Shown: one piece after another, positions 9,854-22,755 of the stretch
Position numbering within the stretch: the first letter of the stretch is position 1
Layout of the letters: each line of letters opens with the position of its first letter
Source of the DNA: Peribolospora baueri
Taxonomy: Eukaryota
Reading direction: 5' to 3'
Length of the DNA stretch: 27,953 nucleotides
Assembly (NCBI GenBank): GCA_029717555.1
Contig: JAMDHS010000005.1
Coordinates: 434,001-461,953, forward strand
Program-made: the position numbers and the translations under genes
The notes under the pieces: model-generated
Seen by the model: the letters and a program-made list of their open reading frames with translations, nothing else
What the model was told of the DNA's origin: nothing
Databases searched by the model: none

Positions 9854-11945
9854 TCAGTACTTCAGGGTCTCTACGATGGCATCTGCGATGCGGAGCGCGT
9901 CGGGAAGGTAGAACTTCTCGAAGGCGAGGGGGAAGGGAGTACTGAATGAAGGGATAGAAAAAGGCGGACAGGCGAGCGTGGATGGTACGATGATCGAAGA
10001 CTTGTCAGCCGACATACGAAAGTAGGAGGCACGTAGCACACCCTGCCGAGCAGAGCAAGTCGAACAGAAGGAAAAAACCAAGTCACTCACTCCCACCCCG
10101 TCACTCTTCTCACGGGTGCTTCCAGTCTCAAGAAGCACCTCTTCGTCACTTCGCTCGCGATTTCGGCCCCCGCACCCGCCGTCAACGGAGCCTCGTGAAC
10201 TACGACGAGCCTGCCCGTCTTGTTCACGCTGCGGGACACGGTCTCGACGTCCCAGGGGAGAATGGTGCGTAGGTCGATAAGCTCAACTGAGGGGGTATTT
10301 TTTCCGGTTAACGAATCAGGGAGGAGCGGGGCGAGAGAAGCTGGGGGGTTGCGGAGAAGTTGAACGGCTTGTTCACATGCGTAAAGAGGGGCGCCGTAGG
10401 AGAGGAGGGTGAGATCTTTGCCAGGCGCGAGGATTTCGGCGGAGGATAGGGGAAGGTGGTAATCTGACGTCGGGACATGTTCCACTGGCAAAGGAGACGT
10501 GCGTGAGGGGAGTCAGCGGTGGAAAGAAAGGATGATCAGAGCATCTCGGATCGTCATTTGCACGGGTTTCCGTGGTTTTACGGCTCGACTCACCAGAAGA
10601 TCGGTACAGAATCTTTGGTTCCAGAAAGACGACAGGGTTCGGGTCTCGAATCGAAGCGAGTAAAAGTCCTTTGGCTTGCAGAGGCGAGCGTGGAATGACG
10701 ACCTGAAGAAGAGCAACCAGAGAGGATAGTCACAATCAGAGTCGTCGCGTGATGTGGGGCATATTTCCAAGACGAATGGCAAAAGCGCACGTCCCCAAGA
10801 AAAGGAATAATGATACCGACCTTCAATCCAGGAGCATGCATGAAGAACGCCTCAGGACTTTGACTGTGGTACAGCGCCCCATGTCCTACGCCCATGCAAG
10901 GCGCGCGGACGGTGAGTTTACCGACGTTGTAAGCGTTTCCCGAACGGTAGCGCCACTTGGCCGCTTCGGACACGATCTGGTCGAACGCTGGGAAGATGTA
11001 GTCTGCAAACTGAAAGGAGAGAGTGGAAGAAAGACAAAAGTCGGCAATGATGGCCAAGAGGATGGAGAGCAGAATGACGGAGCTCACTTGAATCTCGGCG
11101 ATGGCGGTGTGGCCCATAGTTGCCAATCCGATGCCAAAGCCAGCGATGCCTTGCTCGGTTAGCGGAGTATTGAACACTCTGTCCTTGCCTGCAAAACATG
11201 AAATGGGAAGAAGGGCAATCGACGAGAAAAAGTCAGCCTGAATCGAGACCATGAAAGGATGTCCACTCACCAAATTCCTCCGCCAGGCCCATGGTCGTCC
11301 TGAACACGCCGCCAAAATTCACGTCCTCGCCGAAAACGACGGCCGAATCGTCCTTTGCCATAGCAATGCTCATTGCATCTCGAATGGCCTGAGAGACAAT
11401 TAGAAAGACGGGATTAGCAAGTTGTCGGCGCTTCAGCAGACGAGACGATGGTCTGAACTTACAGTGTACACTGCATGCCGCCGGTGCCCGACCAGACGAG
11501 TACACTAAATCAGCCCAGAGAAGCCCTTCAGAGAAAGCGTCCTTAAAACAAAAAGCTCACTGTTCATCTTTCTCGTCTCCCTCTCTTCGCCAAGCCCCTC
11601 TCCCAATAAGCTCTCTATGGCGCCACCCTTAGGCACCGGCCTGTCATCTCCCTCGTCCTTCCATATGATCCCGGGCGCGCGCAAAGCCGACTCTCGGGTC
11701 TGTCTGAGGAGGGAAGACTGGGACACGTATGGGTTGTGTCCGTCTGCCGGGGGCGGCTCGGTCGCAGTAGAGGCGGCGAGAGGTGCGGGAACGGTGGTAG
11801 AGAAGGGTCGTCGGGGGACCTGCGTGTCGCGGCGACGGAGGTGAGCGAGGCGATTGGCGCACGAAACAAGAAGCGAGCTCGTCTCGTCACTCACCGCGAG
11901 GAAGTACCGCAAGCTGGCCTGCGTTGGCATCCGAAGCCCAAACAT
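9854..11945 (-). CDS. BCKDHB: Branched-chain 2-oxo acid dehydrogenase E1 beta subunit, mitochondrial
   Basis: Nine exons: 11945-11895, 11819-11561, 11470-11463 (8-nt microexon), 11388-11271, 11188-11088, 11009-10821, 10702-10594, 10484-10091, 9941-9854. Motifs: [88 protein letters not shown]. Arg-rich N-terminal presequence. Confidence 0.95.
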
Positions 11946-12934
11946 GGCTGAGTCGGGTGATGTGTATCGTGAAGAGGGAGCCTGACAACAGGGAAGAGGA
12001 GAAGAGTCTGGCGGAACGGGGGCTTGCCGGCGTCTAGCGAACCAACCACGTGCACTCGACCCCGCTCACATGTCCATCCCTCCGAAACTTCCGGTCTCGT
12101 CATGAGGCCCGGACGTTGGCGCCGCCGTCCTCCCTTCCGTCTCTCTCCGCCTAACCATTGGCCCCATCTACCCCACTCCAAATCCCGAGCTGCCCATCCT
12201 CCCTGCCCGAGCGCCGACGACTGATCATCAAGATGCACCGTCTGCGCGTAGAGAGCTTCGGCTTCTTCCGCTTCGGCTGCACGAATGATCGCGAATAACG
12301 GCCTCAGCTTTGCACCCATCGAAGGGCAGTGGGGTTCCTTCATAAGTGCTGCTCTCCGCTCATTGGTTCCTTCCACTTCAGGAGCGTCTTCTTTTTGAAA
12401 CCCCCTTCTGTGCTTGTTCCTTTGCCTTTTTCGTCTGCCTCGCGTTCGAAGCCGTCATGGCGGCGTCGCGCGCGTGCCTGTCTTAGGGGAGCCATGCCTA
12501 CATATACTCCTCTCATCGCTCAAGCTTCGGCCATCTTCTCCCCACGAGTTCGCCTTCCCGGCAGAGGCTCGGTCATTTCTTCTAGTCTCCTCCCCTCTAC
12601 CCGTCGTCCGCTACACCGCTCTCCCCACGTCGTCCGGTCTCTTCTGCATCCCTTTCACCAATTTAGCCCACTCAGCCCGCATCCCACATCCACTTGCAAT
12701 ACCTTTTATTCAACGTCCGCACCCTCCTTCGTCTTCTCTTCAAGTGTAATACCTACCCCTCTGGTGTGAGGGACCTGTAAGGGGCAGGGCACTCCTCCCC
12801 GACTCCCTTTATAGCATAGTGAATAGTCATTTTTCTACCACCATCCAAGAACAACACTCTCTCGCGCTTGGTAGATGAAGGTTAACGGTGATTGATCTAC
12901 TGGTAGTGCACATGGTACAACGCACCACGCCGGC

Positions 12935-12967
12935 CCACGTGGCGAGGCGCGCGCATAACGGTATAAA
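12935..12967 (+). promoter_or_regulatory. Palindromic E-box CCACGTGG (12935-12942) and TATAAA (12962-12967) upstream of the EBPL-like gene
   Basis: Motifs read directly about 150-180 bp upstream of ATG 13113; function is inferred. Confidence 0.4.
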
Positions 12968-13112
12968 TGTACTGATATGTACATGCTCGAGTACACGATC
13001 GCGCATATCCATGATTTTCGAGCACTAAACGCGCGTGAGCCCCTCTTTACGCCCTCCCCCGTTCGACTGACACCCAACGAGTTGCTCGCTCGACGATACT
13101 GCCCAGCCCACC

Positions 13113-14268
13113 ATGGCAGCGCCAACGCCCCCTTCCATCTTCACCGCCACCTCTCTCTACTCCCTTCTCTTCGTTCTCGTCGTCCTCGGCGTAGCCACTG
13201 GCCTTGCCAGCGCGCTGCTGCCCAAAAACGCGTCGGCGAAAACCAAAGGAATCTTCGTCTGGCTCACCTTCGATGCCCTGATTCACTTCATCTTCGAGGG
13301 GAGCTTCCTTTACTATTCTCTCGGAGGAAGGACTGTCAATGCTGGTCAGGGCGCTTTGGCTGCCATGTGTAAGTACTCAGAAGGATCGCTGTCGGCGTGG
13401 AATTTTTTTTTTTCTATGGGCGATACAGTGTCGCGACGCGTCTTGGCCTTGCCCGGTGCCACGTCTTGACACTGTCTCTACTCCCGTCGCCGTTCGCCTT
13501 ACCGCACAGGGCGTGAATACGCCGCAGCGGACGCCCGCTGGGGCGTGGCAGACGAGACAGTCGTCTCGCTCGAGCTGCTCACCGTTTTCGGGGCCGGACC
13601 TTTGGCGGCGTACATCGCCTACCAGCTCACTAAGGGTGACCAGGCGCATCATTATTGGATCGTCGTTCTCTGTACGGCTGAGCTTTATGGAGGGTAAGTG
13701 AGCGAAATCTTTCAATGTGCACTCCTCGCTTGCTCGGATGGGGCTGACGAGGGACATCTCATGACTGTCTTCGGCGACGCACAATTCCAACAGATGGATG
13801 ACCTTTTGTGAGTACCGCGAAGCTTTTAGCGCGCGCTAACACGGTCAGGAGCCGGTTTCTCACGTTCTATATCGTCCCCACAGGCCCCGAATGGCTTACT
13901 GGTAGCAAGGCGTTGACGACGAACAACTGGCTCTACCTCTGGGTGTACTTGTTCGTGAGTCCCGTCTTTCCAATCGCAAATGAGAAACCGTGCTACGTCT
14001 TGGTATTCTCTGACTGTCCATCGTGCGGCTCCAGTTTATGAACGTCATCTGGGTCGTCATTCCCCTCTATCTCCTTTACGACTCCTACCTTGCCATCTCT
14101 TCGGCAATGCGCAACGCGCGCGACGCCCCTCCTTTGAAGCGGGAGCAGACCGACAGTGCTTCTCCTAAGAAGGAACCCAAGACGCCATCCAGGAGGAGCA
14201 CTGCGGTGCACGCAGAGGAGACGCCCAACAGCACGAGGATGCTTAGAAGCCGTAGCAAGGGGCTCTGA
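13113..14268 (+). CDS. EBPL: Emopamil-binding-protein-like (EXPERA domain) ER membrane protein
   Basis: Exons 13113-13368, 13510-13693, 13794-13807 (14-nt microexon), 13884-13954, 14035-14268. Motifs: WLTFDALIHFIFEGSF, WREYAAADARW, ELLTV, and ELYGGWMTFCPEWL...NWLYLWVYLFFMNVIWVVIP, which is the EBPL-type C-terminal block. Confidence 0.88.
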
Positions 14269-14679
14269 GAACTGCTTGTTGCTGGATGAGAAGAGGGGAG
14301 TAGAGCGCTGAAGAAGTCGCAATCTCCCGCTCGGTAGAGGTCCTGAGCCAATTTATATTCAGGACCAAGTTGAAGCACCAAAAGGTAACTGCGCGACGGG
14401 GCAATCCGTCCTCCTTACCGAGGATGAGAGATCGATTTGTCAGTTCGTTTTATGACTTCGTCGGACCGCACCACCGTTCCACCATTCTTCCTTGCCTGTC
14501 TGCGAGCATCCTGCCGCACTTTTGCTTTCTTGCTTTGCCCCATACTGCCGTGTCTGGTTTGCCTTCTCGCTTGCTCTTCAAGTGTAACGTACTTGACGAC
14601 ACTCTTTCGAGATGCAATACCAGTTCAGCCGCCGGATGCTAAACACGTCGTCGGTAGAGCTCTACTGCGGCAGCAATTT

Positions 14680-14704
14680 ACGCGTTTTCCCCCTCGCAAC
14701 GCGT
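14680..14704 (+). promoter_or_regulatory. Two MluI cell-cycle box (ACGCGT) motifs upstream of MCM7
   Basis: ACGCGT at 14680-14685 and 14699-14704, about 160-180 bp before ATG 14861. Confidence 0.5.
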
Positions 14705-14860
14705 CGCGCTGCGCTCGGCGTTCATCGTCTATCCATCCGCACCTCCTCGCTACTTCTCACCTACGACCGCGTCTCCCTTCCTTCCCTCTCCCCATTAACG
14801 CCATCCCTTGTTCTCTACGGCATCTCTCCCACACGTCACGACGGGAGTCTGACTTCCACC

Positions 14861-17990
<3,130 letters not shown>

Positions 17991-18393
17991 GAGGTGGTCG
18001 CTCTGTCTATCCTTGTCTGTCCTTTCTACGAGGGTGTATACATGTACATGTCGCGCAGTCCTTTTGCCCTCTTTCGAATCGACTTATCGTCCGATGGGCA
18101 TGTCGTCATGGCCGTGTGTCCAACCTAACCCAACGAACGACGGCGAGTCGGGCCGATCACGCGAGCGCAGCGTCCGTCCGCAGCGAGCAGAGCAGATACG
18201 TTCTCAGGTATAACTGTAATTACATAATCCTATTTTCTTCTATTTAGTCCCTCCGACCGTCCGTCGTTGTCGCCCGACTCGACTCGGCCCACCATCTGAC
18301 GAGGCGCGGCTCCAAATCCATCTCGATCTTCCCTTAAGCTCGCTGCCACGACCGGACGACGTCGCGCTTGACGACGGACGAAGGACAAGGACG

Positions 18394-20698
18394 ATGGCTC
18401 CTCCATCGACGACGACGACGCCGCCGGCTGACCGCGATCCGTCACCACCGCCGCTCTCCTTTCCCAGTCCCTCCGCCGTCTCCGATCACCTTCCAACCGC
18501 AAATACACAACCGCAACCGCCAGCTCCTTTCCCCTCCCCTTACCCGCACTCCACGCCTGCGCCCGCCACAAATCAAGCGCAAGAGCAAGGCCAAGAGCGA
18601 GACAGAGACGGGGACGACGCGGTCCCTAGCGACACCCACCGCCGTCACGCGACCCGGTCTGGCTCCCCTTCGCCGCCGCCCGTCCCCTACAAGGGTGCCT
18701 CGACCTCGTCGACGTCGACCAGCGCGACGCACCGCCCGCTCTTTCGCGCTGGCGGCGCGCTCAATGAGCAGGGTCTCGCTTTCCGGGGTCATATGTGAGT
18801 GAGCCCGCCGCGTCGTCGTCGCGTCCCACCGCTGACGTCTCGTTCCCCCACCTTCCCGCAGCACGCCCGCCGTGTCTTCTCCTGGCCCCGGTCTGCCCAC
18901 CACCATGACCACCCCGACGCCGCCCTCGTCGTCCTCCGCCTCGTTGGCGATGGCGACGTTCTACGGCATCCCCCTCAAGTATCTCTCCCTTCTCATCCTC
19001 ACCGTCCAGAACTCCTCCCTCACCCTCATCATGCACCACTCCCGTGTCTCCACCCCCGCTTCCAGCGCTTACAGCGCCGCCACCGCTGTCCTTCTCAGCG
19101 AGCTCTTCAAGGGCGTCTTATCGCTTTCTATGGCGTTGTGGAAGATCGACAAGGTCGAGTCAGCTAGGGAGGCCGGGCGTGGGCAAACGGGTCGCGGGGA
19201 CGGCGACGCATGCGAGCAAGATGGCCGGCTCCCTTCTTGGTCCGCATTGGAGGACGGCGACGACACGGGCCGGAGAAAGGAGAGCGTCGAGGCGGACGCC
19301 TATCCGATGCAAAGCGCCAACGGCACCGGCTACGTCGCTCTGCCACAGAACCACGTCCACCTCTCCACCGGGGCCCGCTTCCCGACGAGATGGGTCCGAC
19401 GGTGGCGCTCGCGCCTGCGCCAGCTCTGTTCCGACTTCTTCAGCCCGGACTGCTGGAAGCTCTCTATTCCCGCCTTGCTCTATGTCGTGCAGAACAACCT
19501 GCAGTATGTCGCCGCGTCCAACCTCGACCCGTCGACATTCCAGGTCACCTACCAGATGAAGATCCTCACCACCGCCGCCTTCTCTGTCCTCCTCTTGCGC
19601 CGCAAGCTCGCGAGGGACAAGTGGGCCGCTCTCCTCCTTCTCGCCGTCGGCGTCGGCGTCGTCCAGATTCAGAGTGGCAGGGCCAACGTCGGCGCGGCGG
19701 CGCCCGCCAGACAACATGCAGCGCAGACGGAGATGCGCCCGCTCGTCGGCTTCCTCGCCATCATGATCGCCTGCACGACCAGCGGCTTGGCGGGCGTGTA
19801 CTTTGAAAAGACGCTCAAGGGTTCCAAGACCGACTTGTGGGTTCGCAACGTACAGCTATGCGCCTTTTCCGTCCTCCCAGCCCTCCTCCCAGTTCTCGCC
19901 GAGTGTGTGCGCCCGTCGACACCGTTCATGTCGTCGTCGTCGTCGTCGTCGTCGTCATCCCACTCTCTTGCTGCCGCCATCGTCCGCGACGTTTCCTCTT
20001 ATCGCTCAACCCCCACCCCGCCCCCCTCTCTCCTCGCTCTCTTCCCCACCTCCCCCTTCCGCAACTTTGGCTTCTGGGCTTGGGCCACCGTCCTCGCCCA
20101 GGTCGCCGGCGGTCTCGTGACAAGCGTGGTGATCAAGTATTCGGATAACATCCTCAAAGGTTTCGCCACCAGCCTCTCCATCGTCCTCTCCTTCCTTGCC
20201 TCCGTCGCCCTTTTTCACTTCCCCATCACGGCCGCTTTCCTCGTTGGCACCGCGCTCACTCTTGCCGCCACTCTGTTGTACAGTCGCCCGAGCAAGGGTG
20301 GCGGAGACGGAGGGGCGCTATCGGATTCGCTCCCGTCCTTGAAGACGCCGAACCGGTCCTTATCTGTCTCCCTGCCTGCCCACGGCCTCGTCCTCGATGA
20401 CGGCCCATTTGTCCCTTTTGCCGATGGAGGGGACGCGGGTGCGGTTCCGGATGGACCGGGAAGGGCGATGGCGCAGCGGGGAGGAGGAGACGATGCGCGG
20501 ATCGACATGGGAACGGACGGGCTGGACGGCGCGTCGGCGGCACCAAGGACGCGACACCGTTCCACCTCGTCGGTCTCGGTCCCGGTCACTGGTCCGGGTT
20601 CGCACGCGGGTGCGGCTGTGCAAGCTCGCGGTGCCTCCCCTTCCTCTTCCTCTGCTTCTTCTGCCTCCTCCTCCGCACCGCTCACTCTTCGTTCATAA
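18394..20698 (+). CDS. Golgi nucleotide-sugar transporter (SLC35A/UDP-galactose transporter type) with long Pro/Ser-rich termini
   Basis: Exons 18394-18794 and 18862-20698, joined in frame across the intron GTGAGT...GCTGAC...GCAG. Motifs: PLKYLSLLILTVQNS, AVLLSELFK, IPALLYVVQNNLQY, FQVTYQMKILTTA, GLAGVYFEK, WVRNVQL, GGLVTSVVIKYSDNILKGFATS. Substrate is inferred. Confidence 0.9.
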
Positions 20699-20952
20699 CA
20701 CCCGCGTTCATAACACCCTAGCTATCTACCGCATACCTCCCTAATTCCCACACACACACGCATATCATATACACACGCGCAAGCCTCATCTGGGACCTGT
20801 CGCACATACACACATACCATACCATGCGCTCACGCTTTCACGAGTGTGCAGCGCAAATGGGGTTTGTTAGGGACGACTGGCGACGACGCCGCAAGTCCGA
20901 GTTCGAGTTCCGCGTGGAATGCAATGATAGCAACTCTTTATGGTGTTTTCCG

Positions 20953-21007
20953 TCGTGTCGTGTCGTGTCGTGTCGTGTCGTGTCGTGTCGTGTCGTGTCG
21001 TGTCGTG
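20953..21007. repeat. Perfect (TCGTG)11 pentanucleotide microsatellite
   Basis: 55 bp of uninterrupted tcgtg units. Confidence 0.97.
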
Positions 21008-21342
21008 GCAGGACAATGTGAAAGTAGACCTGGATAGACATGTGAGGGAAATAAAGGGTCGACCGAGTGCGATTGGTCAAGAGCATTGGAGAGAGGCAGG
21101 TGCGCTTTATCCACAACGGGAACCACGGAGGAGCTTCTTGACCGCCTCCATGCATGGCAACCTGAGCGACGTCATGCTCAGCCCTGTCGCCGGAGCGCTG
21201 CGCTTGGTCTCGGACGTCGGACAGCGCTTCGCTCGTACGCCCTTCGCTTGAGCATACTCATGATTGCAAATCACCTGGAGGGCGATTGTCTTCAAGAGCT
21301 GTTACCCCAGTGATGGAGATCGGATAGTAGTGAAGGCGAAGC

Positions 21343-21904
21343 GGGCTCATCTTCCCGCTGATAGGCGACAAGCTGAATGCCCCACACCTCGATCCGATCG
21401 GAGGTGCGCTGCTCTCGCTGTACATCATCATGGAGTGGATCGGGACGCTGCGAGAGACTGTGGAGAGGCTGAGCGGAAGCGTGGCCAGCGATATTGAGAT
21501 CCAGCGGTGAGCGGGCGCGGGAGAGACTGACTCATTTATCGCCGACTCGGGCGCCCATCTCGCACTGGCCACAGCACTCTACCTGCTCACCCGCTTCGCC
21601 GCCATCGACAGCATCTCTCATCTCGCCGTGTACCACCAGGGCGACCAGACGGTGATCAAGTGTGACCTCATCCTGAACGGCAACATGTCGGTGCGTACGG
21701 AGCGCCCACTTACCTCCGTTTCTTCCCCCCTGGCGACTTTTTTTGCTGACTCCCACTCGTCGACGACACCAGCTCGGCGAGGCGCACGACCTGGGAGAGA
21801 CGATAACGTACGCCCTCGAGTCGCTGGATGACGTGGAGAGGGCGTTTGTGCACCTCGATACCAAGGTCGGAGGACCGCCGTCCCACCTTTCCCGGAGCGG
21901 GTGA
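21343..21904 (+). pseudogene. 5'-truncated cation diffusion facilitator (Mn-CDF/MTP8-11 type) relic: last TM helices plus cytosolic dimerisation domain
   Basis: Segment 21343-21506: GLIFPLIGDKLNAPHLDPIGGALLSLYIIMEWIGTLRETVERLSGSVASDIEIQR. Segment 21575-21690: LYLLTRFAAIDSISHLAVYHQGDQTVIKCDLILNGNMS. Segment 21773-21904: LGEAHDLGETITYALESLDDVERAFVHLDTKVGGPPSHLSRSG*. The segments are separated by GT-AG introns. In-frame TAG TAG TGA lies just upstream, and the phase is mismatched at the first intron. Confidence 0.8.
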
Positions 21905-22559
21905 AGGGCAAGGGGTGTAGGGGTGTGAGGGTGGGCGCCGATACGGATACGGGAAACGTCCGGTGGGCCGGATCGAAATCGGTCAGCTAGCATAGGTTGT
22001 CCGCGGACAGGAAAACACGTTTGTTTCATCCAAGTGGATGGAAGGATGGCCTCGCTCCCACTTGCGCTATCGAAAAGTGTGGTTGTTGCTCGGCTCGGCT
22101 CGGCTGTCGACCGACGCGTATTCAAAGTCGCTCGTTTCTCTCCCTTGGCTTAGGGACCATCTCGTATTTCACCTTGATCCAAGTCGCTCGTCTTTTCTTT
22201 CAGTTCGCCTGCGGAGGCTCATGGGACTGGCTGGCGTGTGGACGGAAGCGAGGCGTGGATGGTGTACGGCGCGCGGTGAAGCTGTGCTGTGCTCCGTCTC
22301 CACGATCGTCCCCAAGTGGCGCGGTTCGGTTGTGTTGGCATGTGTGTTTTCGATTTGCATCGCCACCACCGCCATCGTCGTCACCCTGATGAGGCAATAA
22401 GCGCGATGCTATGCTGCCTCGTGTAACTGACTGACTGACTGACGTCATTCGTGTCGGCGTCGGCGTCTCGCTATCCTTGCCATCCGTCTCCGAGCGGGAC
22501 AGGACGCCGACCGGAGATATACGTTGATGCCACGCTCATCTTCATCGTCGTCGTGCGAG

Positions 22560-22567
22560 TATATATA
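22560..22567 (+). promoter_or_regulatory. TATA-like element (TATATATA) upstream of the DUF1399/GRDP gene
   Basis: Read directly about 190 bp upstream of ATG 22756 in otherwise GC-rich DNA, followed by a pyrimidine-rich leader. Confidence 0.4.
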
Positions 22568-22755
22568 TGTAGGACAACGCCCTCGCTTCCTCTTCCTTAT
22601 CGCCCTCCAGCACATACCCACCCACTCCCGCCGGGCTCATCATACCATTATACCCAACGCATACCCCGCACCCCGCGTCCCCTACCAGCCATCGGCTTGC
22701 TCCATCTTTCGTCAACCCACCTTCCCGCCCGCGTCGCCCGCCTGCTCGTCCCACA

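Noticed and set aside
13061..13070. GTTCGA T-loop-like motif suggesting a tRNA
   Set aside because: No cloverleaf stems or A-box around it; it lies in the EBPL 5' leader.
20953..21007. CRISPR-like or telomeric array
   Set aside because: 5-bp perfect tandem units with no spacers, not TTAGGG, and located internally in a eukaryotic contig.
20838..21251. ORFs with repeated peptides (SCRVV)n and (RHDTT)n that resemble a repeat-core RiPP precursor
   Set aside because: They are simply translations of the (TCGTG)11 microsatellite. There is no signal peptide, Kex2 site or neighbouring DUF3328/peptidase gene.
22426..22443. (ACTG)n run resembling stacked CTGAC branch points
   Set aside because: A short tetranucleotide repeat with no convincing donor/acceptor pair flanking it.
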